Part shown: one piece after another, positions 1 to 12,200 of the stretch
How positions within the stretch are numbered: position 1 is the first letter of the stretch
Layout of the letters: each line of letters starts with the position of its first letter
Assembly (NCBI GenBank): GCA_030141605.1
Contig: JAQGDQ010000020.1
Span: 558,001 to 622,000, forward strand
From: Tubiluchus corallicola
Lineage: Eukaryota > Animalia > Priapulida
Length of the DNA: 64,000 bases
Reading direction: 5' to 3'
Program-made: the position numbers and the translations under genes
The notes under the pieces: generated by a model
What the model saw: only the letters and a program-made list of their open reading frames with translations
What the model was told of the DNA's origin: nothing
The model's database searches: none

Positions 1-1530
1 GTAAAAATAAGAATGGGCTTTTAAAATTGGACGATAACAATGTGTATTTAATTCTTAAGTGCTGGACGGACACAGCTACATCAGAAACATGGAATCTGTA
101 GGTGGTGATAACAGAGCGCTAGTGTACCAAATCTAATTTTAACAGTTAGCACTTTTTTGTCCTCCGCAAATAAATAAATTGTCCAGTGCAAGAACACCTG
201 CCATAATGTAATCGTATACAATAACAATTGCAAAAGCATTGTATCTGCAACGAACATAAACATTAAATCTCTTACGATTTTAATTGTAGATATACTTGTA
301 ATATTTATTAAGATTTGTCAATTTTCTATCGTGGTAGTTTCTTGAATCATCACACCTGTGCAACAAATATAAGTTAAATAGCAGTGAATAGAGGGTTATA
401 ATTATAATTCGTGTGATGAATGGTAACATGGATATAATTAAATTTTCCTAAACTCTACATTGGAACGGGCGTGCGTACTTCTAACAAAATGAAGGGGGAA
501 GTTATCGACTAAGTTAGTCACCAAGTTGGCTTAACCGCTTAGATATCTCCCCTGAATTTCGTGCTGTACACACATTGTTTAACTTACTACATTAGCTTTA
601 AGCATTTTAGCACTCGAAACTGTGCTGCCAGTTTGACTTGCATTATTTTTAATTAGTATCAAAATTAATAATGAAACAGATCCTAAAGACCAGAAAGATC
701 AATGCATTTGCAATTAGTTGCATACTAGTCAGCACAAAACCATTATATATATGCCACAAAGATAAAATTGGCAAGTAGCCAAAAGCTTTCAAAATAGAAG
801 ATAAATGAAAGCTTGAACACGCCCACAAAAAACTACTGCGTTAATGAAATTACAAGAACTATTCTGATTTACAAAAGACTGACAATTCTTCATTTCTCAT
901 TTTCTAGTATAAGCCTGAATCCAGATACTATAGGTTCTTGCTCTCATGCAACAAGATTAATAATAAAGGTTTAAATAATTCTAAACTTTTATTACTTAAT
1001 TTGATTTATGCTATTTAGACTGTAAATGTTCACTTACTCTTAGAACTTGTATCCTGGAGTGTAGTGGTTCTAACTTACAAAGATATCTATTGGATAGTGG
1101 GCATAGTTGCTTGTCGATTAGTTGTATGTTGGTCAACGGTCAGTTCGTTGAGGATTTCGGTCAGATTCTGGCCGTTGTACGTCTATAATGCTTATTTTCA
1201 ATTAGAGGAAGAGTCATTCAACAATAAAAAGTAAATTTCAGTTTACTCTTCATGAGTGGTTTAAAATAATTTCCCAAAATGAGATGAATATATATGGAAC
1301 ATTAGAAATGCGCTTAGATGGCCCAATTGAACAAAGGTTGCCCCTATTTCTTCGAGGTTTCCGGCTCCCAACGGAAGTGGTACTGGCGTAGCAGTGTCTA
1401 GTTTTTTTGCTGAATTACTGCTGCGTTTACCTGTCTGAAGGCAGATTTCTTTTATTTTAGAATTCTGCCTGCAATGTCTACAATAGACGTGACGGGCGTA
1501 TGATGATGATGATGAAGAATGATTGAGTGA

Positions 1531-2449
1531 CAGTTGTTGGGCGCCAAGTAATCCACTAGCCCAAGTAGGACAATTGGCGTACATGGGCTAGCCCAAGTAG
1601 GACACTAGAGACAGGTCGCGAATTGAGTCGTTAAGCGTACTGGCACCGTCCGTTGTCCTTGTTTATGTAATAATAACAATTAAAAACGTCAACACACGTC
1701 GAATAATTTATTATACATCTGGTAAAATAAAAGAATTTTATTCTGAGCTGGTAGAACGGACAATATTAAATTTGGTTTCGATATTAATGTTGTTGAAGTG
1801 AAATAAACCCACTTTTTAGCGATTTCAACATTTATTTAAGGTATATCATTTTTTATTTTGTCTCGCTTCACAGACAGGCAATCCATTTCACTACCTCTTG
1901 GACGAATAATTGTTTTCTCCTAAGTAAACGTTCTAGCGATATATGTGCCCTACATGGGCTAGCAAGCCATGTACGACAGTGCCCTACATGTTACAATACT
2001 ACTGATATTATTAAAACTAATTGTCTATGCTTTTCCTAAATATTAAAAAAAAAACTTTTTTTTGTGTTGTGAAAGCAGCATCTGTCTCATTTTTAAAGTT
2101 GTAATTATTTCTGTAATAACTGTGTGCATACTTTCTCTCTTTAAAGCATTAGAATAAGATACTTAGTATAATGTTATAATGATTTTAATGTAGCTAATAA
2201 TACTGATGATACTATTGTAAAAATACATTAATTTTGTAAATTGTCAAGGACTATAAAGTTACTTTTTCCCTAAAACAAATTTAGGTTTATGTCTTATTAT
2301 GTCATCTTAATTCTCGTTTTCCCGTCAAAAATCGCCAGTGCCCTACTTGGGCTGCCCTTGTACGTCACTGCATTTGCGCAAATTTAGCACATGCTTTTTG
2401 CCGGAAGTGTCCTATTTCGGCTAGTGGGTTACTCGGCGCCCTACAACAG
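1531..2449. mobile_element. Non-autonomous TIR element (MITE), about 920 bp
   Basis: Imperfect ~40-bp terminal inverted repeats: CAGTTGTTGGGCGCCAAGTAATCCACTAGCCCAAGTAGGACA at 1531 versus the reverse complement of TGTCCTATTTCGGCTAGTGGGTTACTCGGCGCCCTACAACAG ending at 2449. TGA lies on both flanks (possible 3-bp TSD). Internal GCCCTACATGGGCTAGC-type subterminal repeats. Confidence 0.65.
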
Positions 2450-3232
2450 TGAATGCTGACAAGCCAGTAGCATAGCAGACTTTAGCAGTGTCTACTTCTT
2501 TGCTGTATTATCGTTGTGTTTGCCTGACTTGGTGACAGTTTTAGAATTTCTCTGCCCAGTAACTACCTAATGATGATGAGCCGCCCAGGTGCTGATCAAA
2601 TTTGAGGACCTAACATCAGAGCTGTATTTCGGATTTTTAATAATTCGTTAAACTTAAATTACTAACGCTGTGGTTCTTACTGATATCAGAGCACAGAAGA
2701 CTTTTCGCATTCGAAATTTTATTTTAATTTCGCTTGGGACTTGAGCAAACTATACCAAGAAAGAGAAAACACGTCTAAACTCTAGAACAATTGTCTAGGA
2801 CTAGGAGCATAATGATAAGATGAAAAAGATTAGGTTAGATAAGGTTGTTAATTTATTGTTTTACATTTTTATATAACATATAAAAATAAATGCACAAAAA
2901 TACAAAATTAATAGAGAAAGGGTGGCGAAAAACCAAAGTTAACGAGCCAACGTCAATTGAGAAAGGGAGTGGAAGAAATCGTTAGTTTTGAAAACAATCC
3001 GTTTCTTTGGTGATTTTTGTGCCTTTCACACATCTTTAGGAAAATTTGAGAATACCGTATTTTATGCTTTCAGAGACATGTCTTGCTCTTGCTTGCTTCA
3101 GACAGTTGCAGTCTATCTGAGAAGTTCTTTCACCAGCAAAGTGAAAAGTCAGAGTTTGTTTAGCTACTGATATGCACAATTTGAATGATTTTGTAATTGA
3201 TTACGAAGAAAAAGCCAGTAGATTTAGTGGTC

Positions 3233-6200
3233 ATGTTGTCAGCTCAAGCTTTGTTTCTGCCAGTTCTTCATGCTTCTGGTGGCTATTATGATGTTGGGTT
3301 TGCTATAGTAAGTTTGTCAAGTTCTCTTTAATTGTGTGTAATTTGTAATGACTGTAGTTTCTAGAATTAAAGCTGATGGTTTTTGCCTTGACTGGGAGCT
3401 CATCTAGACCAGAAATACATGAGTTAAACGTGCTTCGTATTTGTGAAAAATTATAGTTCTGACCCAACTAAGATTAACTATTTAACTAATTCATTAATTG
3501 CCAGAATTTTGACTAGCCTTAGCCAAAGGCTGTCATTAATATATTTTCTCACTTTTTACTTGTTATGTAAATCAACTATGTTTATTAATTATGTACCATT
3601 GTTGAGTTATTTTTTAGGAAGTATTTTCAGGGAAAGACGTTCAAGCAACAAATTTCTGATTTCTACAAAGTTAATACGGATATTGACTACTTTCTGAAAT
3701 TTATTGACAGTGACTTGGGGAGGAAGGTGTGTGACCTATTGTGCATTACTGTTTTTAGTATCAAATTATTATTGTAGCTAATTAACTAAGATTTGTTTCA
3801 AATAGTGATGTAAATGAAGATTAATGATTTATTATTTTATTATATTTACTATCTGTAATATCAAATAAGCTAATGGCTTGTTTATGTTTTCTGCTGTGTC
3901 ACGTCACGAGTTAGTGATTAGTCATACCCTCAACAAAAGGATGTTTACAAGATGTTAGCAAATACAATGTCCTTCAAAGCTTATTGTGCATTCTCTAGGT
4001 ATAATGTAATGGTTATTTTGTCAGATAAGCATTATTCGTAGCTAAAATTTCAAACTGATAACATCTTTTTCTCCGCAAACAATTGACTTGTTATTGTAAT
4101 TGATATTCTGGAGTTAAATTGGTTTTGTGGCATGTGAAGTGCTGATATGATCTGGATGGTTAATGTTACAGTTGTAGACTACTTGGTAGTTAGCGAGATT
4201 GTTAATGAAGTTATTGAAGATAGTGAAGATATTGGAACATAGCCATCTTGTGTAGCTGTTGGTGGAACATTATATTTACAGGATTGTTAGGCACATGTTT
4301 ATATGTAATGTAGAAAGCTACTGGTAGGGAGTAACATCTTGTACAGGATACACAGAGGAAGGAAGGATGCTGCTTGATTAAAAAACAACTAGTCTTCATC
4401 GTGTGCCAATCAGAAATAAGCCTGCTTCTACTCATGTTAATTTTGTATTGTCAATGAATAAGTTAAAATTGTTTATTGTTTAGCTATAATTCCATGTTAC
4501 TGTTTGCGTTTCATGGTTATTTTATTATGTCACTTGTTAGGTTGTGGCGTTAGCGTGTAATAAATAGTTAAAACCAAAAATGTGTCATAAAATTTTGTCT
4601 GAACATTTTAGTTAATTAATAAAAATTTTATTCTTGCAATTAGCAGAATACGTTTTATTATACCACAATATTTTCAGAGAAATAGTTTTTTATTTTCATT
4701 TTTATTTATTCAATGAGATATCAAGAATAAATATTTTTATGTAGATGTAGGTATGTAAAATCTATTTCAGTAATGAGTCTGTAAATTTACAGCAGGTGTG
4801 TTTTATTTTTTATAAACAAATAAATTCAGAGTGATATTGCTACTGTAGGAGTTGAGTTAAACATATGGGTTGTTTGTTTTGAAGCAAAGCTACAACTGTG
4901 TGAAACCCTGAATAAAAAGTTTTAGTTTTGACGTAATTGGTGCTAAGTGCTAATAGATTTCCAGTGTCATCCTACGTAGATTACAGTACATGCACATAAT
5001 TTCATTTATAGATATACAGTGAGTTTTTTGATGCAGCAAACGATGCATTTCCGCAGTACGTGGAGGAACTTCAAGGCATTTGTGATGGAAGCGAACAACC
5101 TTTTGAAAAGGTTTGTGTACACTCATTACTCTATATACAGGTACAAGCTTCTGTAAAATACTCCAAGCCCCCATAAAATGGAATCATACTGTTTAGAAAA
5201 ATGTTCATATATATATATATGTGGAAGTGAATAAATTAATATTTAGGAATATACAAGTCGTTTAGTTGTACTTTGGCCATATTAGGATTGAAATATTTTT
5301 TTGAAAGCATGCACTGACTGCTGTTCTCAAAATTGTTGTTTATTCAATGATGAGAAATCAGCTTAGGATAAAGTGTGACTCTAGCGTAGAGTTACTTTGG
5401 TACTTTAATACGGTTAGCAGTTTGCCTCTAAACATTATTATTTTTGCAGATCTTTTTATCTATCATTGATCTGGATATTGACTATGAAAGTATTCCACTT
5501 GACTTGGATAAATCTACAAAGATATCAAAACATGCTCCTGAGAGTCATGGTATAGCTGGTTGTACAGATGTGTACTTGAATAGCCCAGGGCAGGTAAATT
5601 GTAGTATATGTGACTGTGACGTCACAGACGTCCTCGTCCGTATTAAAATTATGCTAAAGTTCATTTTGTACTCCAAATAAAATATTCATTTCTGTTTTAT
5701 GTTTGGGTTGGTTTTCTGCCCATCCTTTAATACCTCTCCCCTTTTCCCTGTTTGATGGCGATCTTCCTGTCACATGTCTTGAATGGTTACAGGATAATTT
5801 TCGCGCTCCTGGAAAAGCATTGAACCGTGATTTTTCCTTATTGCCGCCATTACGGGTTTTTAAGCTGCGTTGGAAGCACACGTTTTGTGGCAGCAAGTTT
5901 GAGATCTCATAACTTTTGAGATCTCATAATGAGTTCGCTAGTTTTGGTGTTCTCAGTGTAATCAAATTTCTCTGAGAGGAAACCAGACGGTTCCTAGGCA
6001 GTGTTACTAGTTTGCAGGAAACTTCGTCGTGTTCGTAATCTGGCCACGTAGATCATGACGGTTGTTGGGTGGAGTTTGGAACTGCCTAAGGAGGTTGCCT
6101 AGTTGAAGACTGGGAACGAGGAACTTTTCTCCTTTCCTCCGTCATTTGCTGACTCCTACAGTATAGGAGTAAACGGAGACGTTTCGAGACCCTGGATCCT

Positions 6201-9200
6201 TGTTTCTAACCCTCTGGTGGTGGAGTCTGCAATGCGTGAGCCCCAGCAGTGTGGTTTCTTGATTCTTGAGATGTGATCCTGGATAACTGGACCCACGGTA
6301 TCACGACCTGAGGCTAGCCCATTGGTACAGCTGCAGCGACAATGGAACTCTTCGGTAATTATCCTCTCCTCTCTTCCTATTATACCTGGGATGGGGTTAA
6401 CTGAATTCTTTCGTTATATGTATGTATGTAAGTGATTTGTAGAAATATTATTTTTGAAATTGCCACTAAATAATTTTTACACGTTTTTTTTATAAAAAAA
6501 GCAATAACGTTTGTTTGTCCTCCTGTTCGTCCTCGTCATTTCTAAGTACAAATTATAATGGCCTAAAATAGCATCAGTTTTAATCAAACTACTAGGACCC
6601 TCGTTAAAAAAGTCTGGATAAAAACCCCTTGCCTTAAAAAATTAGTATTAAAAATTGTTTTTATCCACATGTGATGAACTCTGGCGTGCTCGGATAAAGT
6701 AAAAGGCAACGCCTATTTTGCATTCCTGACAAAACTATTTATTCTTTTATACAATACACCATAGACAGTCAAAAATGGTGCCAGTGGTCGTCACAGTGAC
6801 ATCGTAAATCTTTGAAGGACTGTTCTTGAACAGTGAACATCATTGATACGTATGCATTCTTAACAGCATCCTCTCAACTACCGTAAAGTACTAATAAGCA
6901 ATGAACTTAATGTTTCAGTTATTTATGGTGGACAACAGGGATGTTACCGAAACTGAACTTACAGACCGAAATTTATGAAACATAGATTACCAAAACATTT
7001 TTGCAAAACTAACTACTATTAAAGCTTAAAAAAACTCTAAAATAAATAAAAAAATTTGTTTTTTGTTTGTTTGCTTTCATTTGCTGTGATGCAAAATTAC
7101 TGATGAAAAATTCTAATACAAAAAGGACAAAGATGTTTTATAGTATAGAACCTCAAGTTTGATGGAGTGGCTTACCTTAGAAATGTGTTATAATATCTTT
7201 TTATTTAAGTATCCTTAATGATTAATATTTAAATATCTTAACTTTTCGTTAAAAATAAACAAACTTTAATTTGTAGATATTTCACAAATTATAAAAAAAA
7301 CGTGATTTTGCTAAGTAAATTCAAATGTGGTATTTCGGTTGATTGGGCCTGGAGACCCTAAAACTTTGTAGTCATCAGCACTGAAGACATGCTGCATTGC
7401 CGGTAAAAGCATATCACAAAATGTTATACAAACGAAATTTTTGCTTTATTTGAACTAATTTAGCCAAGATTTTTCAGCAATTTTTCATAACTAGGAGAAA
7501 ACAAAAGATAAATTGGATAAGTACTAGTAAAAGCACAGAAAATGCTATGGAAAATTATCGGAAATTTCCACTACGAAATTTAATAAATTTCGCCGTAATC
7601 GAAACTTATCCGAAAGTGCAATTATCGCTATTTTCATTTCATTTCTGGTGGACAAGTTCTTTGTAGAAATGTGTGAACATCTTCTGTTTCTTGTGTGAAT
7701 ATTAACAAAACTTTGCAATTTTAGAAAAACAAGTGCATTATCCTGTTTGTTTGGCATAGTTTTTTCATGGTTATTTTATACAGAGTCCACACAAATTCTC
7801 TGTATTCCTGCTGGTATTACATTAGATACCGTAATTTATTTTTTAGTAACAGTTATTTGCAAATACGGAAGTGTTGCATATATGGAACATATACAAGAGT
7901 TGCTAACTTAAAATTTTTTTAGCAGTTACGTAAGTCTTACTAATAAAAGCAGCGATTGTTATGAGAGAAGGGAGAAGCATACCTTTTGAACCCTTCTCCA
8001 CGTATGTATATTATATGTTTACAGCTTGGTATGGGTCATACAGAAGATGCATGCTTGGCATTTGAGTACAATTGTGCGGTGGTCCAGGCACATATAATAA
8101 GCTCATCACCAAGGGGAAAGTTTGCTGTGGTTGAAGAAAATTTTACTTCATTTATATATCCTGGATTTCTTCCTGGTTATTGCATGAGCTTCAACAAGTA
8201 TGGAGTTATCTATACCATAAATACGATGGCACCTAAAGGTTTTGCCCGAGGAAAAATTCGTAAGCATCATTTTGCTTGAAAATTGATTTTTATAACTAAA
8301 CATGAGTTGTAATCACTACCTACTTTTAATAAAAATCACTCTGTATCTTTTCAGGCTTATTCTAAAATTTTTTTGTTTCTTTACAGCATCTGTTTTTGTG
8401 ACAAGAGCTCTTCTTGCTGCTAAGTGTATAAACGATGTTGATGTCATTTTAAAGAATACTGCTGTTGCCCGTGGAATTAGGTGAGTTTTAGCTTCTGTAC
8501 TACTGATTTTCTTGATTCTGTGTTATTGGACCGCAAGTAAGCATACAAGAATGACATAAAGCAGACTGAGATTAGACTGAGATTAGAACATGTCAAGTTT
8601 ATTTTGAATTGCAGTAAGTTTCTTCAAAACTTATAAATGACAAATACAAATGGGTAAATATAGAAAGAATTGTTGCAGGACTAGTCAAAGTGGTTTAATA
8701 AAAGGTTTAACATGATTGATAATTAATACATGTTTTACAATGTCATTATTCAGTATATGTAAATAGACAAATACATGCCAAGAAAATGAAAAAAAATTAT
8801 TGTGTTTCCATGGACTTTCCTAGCCAATACTTTTGGGTGTCTTTTTGTCATTCCTTGTAAAACTATTGCAAGTTAGTACTTTTTTACTTTACTTTATTGC
8901 TTAACAGTAAAAACACAAAAGCTAGATAAATAAACTTTTATTAAAGTTGGAAAACCTTTTATTCAGTTTCAAACTGAATATATTCAAACCTTTTGTTCAG
9001 TTTTTTAATAGCGTGAACTGTGAGGTAAATTACTCCAGCTGTACTAAAGTTTCGTACATTTGCATTTTGTCTGTGTATTTCATTCCATGCAAACTCTAAT
9101 GCTACTACTAACAGCATACAGGATCTGCATACTACACTACTTTACTGAACAAGATAGAAACGTCAATATAAGGAGTATAAAAAGTAGGCCTGTAGCTTAG

Positions 9201-12200
9201 TAAACCTTTAAATTGTTTTCCTTGCTTTGCAAGTAATTATTTCACCAATGTAACAAATGAGTTCAGTTTTGTCATTGATTTAACAACTGTTCCTATTTTC
9301 CTGATTAATCATGCAGGATGCTACAGCTTTGAGATTTTTATGTGAGATTGTAACATTACTTAACATAGTTTACATAGTGTGCATGTAGCATGTGTATAAT
9401 ATTTGCTGGAGTGTTTAGTGCAAATATAATATAATTTCATTTGTGAATGTATTGATACAGAGAATGTGTGCCAGGATTATCCTGAATGAGATTTGACAAA
9501 TTTATTTATTTGTAGTCTAAAGCTTGTAACAATGACTATTAGATGTTGCTTTATGTTGTTGGAAAACTAATATACACACAAGTTTAGTTTCTCTTCTCCG
9601 TTTATGTAGTAGTGTTTGCTTGGTCAATTGTATTTGTTTATCTTATTGTACTGGACTGTAAAATCATTCTGCTTATAATGATTCATTGTTACAATTAATA
9701 ACTACTGCTACTGCTCCTGCTGCTGCTGCTACTACTACTTGTACTAAATTCACATTATTATTCACTGTATTGAGTTTGCAAATGGTGATATGCCTTTTTG
9801 GGTTGAAAACTTTTCTTATTTAGACAAGCATTGTTAAACCATGTAACAACTCTTTTTGTGGTACTTATTTGCAGCGTGAATTTGGCAGATTGTGCAAATA
9901 AGAAAATCATCAATTATGAAGTTGCTTATCCCCCTGAAGGTGACAAGAATTCAAGGATTGATATTCAAGTGATAGAAGAACAACCACACAGTGCGACTAG
10001 ATACCACTGCAATACGTAATGAACTTAATCAGTCTTCTAAATTTAGGCTCATGCACATAATTCCATCTTTTTCTGTGCCATGAAGTTTCTGAATTTGGAG
10101 CCCATAAAACAGTATTAGTGATTCCCCATATTGCTGCAAGATGCGTATAATAGAGTATGTGGTATTTGGGGGGGGGGGGAGGTGTTAGTTTTTCGGCATA
10201 TAACATCTAGGCAACAATAAAATTTAATATTATGCTCAATTGTTTATTTCTGTCAATTAGGTTTTCATTAGTTCACTATTTTATTAACTTTTACAATACT
10301 TTTAAAATCATTGCTTCACTTAATTAAACATTTGCAATAATATGGGATGTAACAATTTAAATCACTTACTTAACTGTGCACTGTAATTCAGCATTATGTG
10401 TAGTAGCTTTTAAAATGAACGAAGTAGAAGACACCGCAAGTTTACATGGCATTTTATTAGTGTGTGACAACATTTTATATTACAAATATCAAGTGCATCG
10501 CAAAACAATAAAAAACTAAAATGTGCTTCACATAAAAATTCTTTTACAAGAATTTAATATCACTCAGCTGGTGCAGTAATTTAATGGTATTATAACAACA
10601 GAACATCTTCATTCATTGAGTGCTGTGCTTTAATAATATGCTGTTAGTTCATTAGTTGCTTATACTAGCTGCCAACTTAAAAACAACCAGTTAGATCAGT
10701 TTGTGAGCCAATTAAATGACGCATTGTTATCGATATCAAGATCAATGATTATTGTAAGTGCTTTTGCTATATCTTTTGCAACATGTATGATTATACATGT
10801 CCTCAGCTGCTGTGTTTTTATGCTAACTGCATCATGTTGTAGATATTTCCAGTTTTAATTACATGACTACCCAAACCCCGCAAAAAGAATTTTGCACACA
10901 ACAACTCACACCACACCAATACGCCACACCACTCATAGCACACCACCTGCACCACACCACCCACCATACCACTCACAACACACTACACCAACACTACCCA
11001 CACCACACCGCTCTACACCGTGCCACCCAAATCATTCCATCCACACCACACCAACCCACCATACCAGTCACAACACACCACCCACTTCAATACTACACCA
11101 CACCATGTCACTCAGACAAGACTACACTACACCCACTACACCACTCTATCAACACCACACACATCCTACCACCCCGCCACACCATCCGCGGCACACTCAT
11201 CACACACACCACCAAATCCACCACATCACATGGTGTTCATGATGTTGATGACGACTATGATGACACCAACGATGACGACAGCTACAACACCAACACCAAC
11301 AGCAGAGCATCATGGTGAAACCATGCAAAACATTTTGTATAAAGTTGAAACTGTGTGCCTATAGCAAATGATCAATAATATGCAGTCATTTCACATAGTT
11401 TTGCTAACTGCATCTCATGCAATATTAGGCTAACAGAACTTACTTATAATATGACACAGTAGAATGGCGGGTGAGAACACTGCCCAGAACAGCCTCGAAA
11501 TTTCTGACTCAAAGACAATGGGTGTTCCAAATAGCATGCAGTAAGGGGGGGGGTTAAAAAGGACCTTGAAATAAATACACACTTCCCATTTCATCTATTG
11601 GACATTTCTCCTGGTGAAACCTTCAACATTTTGTAGACTGTTTCGTCCTCTTTCTGCAAGTGTACTTATTTTTTTCAACATACTCAGACAGTTGCACCAA
11701 TTGAATTTTTCCAGAGGCTGTTTAAGCAGCTTTCTGCAAAATTTGCATGGTTGGGTCCGGGAAAATGCCCATCGCTTGGCGCCATGGCCTTCCCGCGAAT
11801 TCTAAATACACCTACTACACCCACCATTGAACTGGCTATAAACTATTACCTGCACCAGTCCCGGTCCATTCTCGTTCTCCAGAAATGAGAGGTATAAGTT
11901 TAGCAAAAAACAGGCATAAAAGGACCATTTTCGAAGTTTTTTGTTCCCTGTTTGTCACGGTGGGCATGATTCGAAAAATAAACCCCACTGAGATGATTCT
12001 AGATTGAGACCTTCGTTTGATATATAGATCATCACAAATGGTGCCATTGTTGGAGCTGTAGCTGCCGCGAATCTTATACATATATATAGTAGTCACCACT
12101 TAATAGACTCATGGTTAATAGACTCAATCACTTAATTGGCTCAAAAACGCCTGGAATGGGCCACTTCTGTTCAAACATACATAAGAACTATTGGTAATTG

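Noticed and set aside
80-1192. Minus-strand exon-like segments (~1192-1079, ~355-296, ~244 downward), one frame reading IQCFCNCYCIRLHYGRCSC
   Set aside because: Splice-like signals exist, but I could not join a consistent ORF with a start or signal peptide. It may be non-coding or chance.
2570-2640. C/D-box snoRNA (ATGATGA ... CTGA)
   Set aside because: No properly spaced terminal D box, terminal stem or recognisable rRNA guide.
10863-11364. His-rich metal-binding protein
   Set aside because: All three frames are open only because of the C/A-only composition; it is intronic low-complexity DNA with no splice support.
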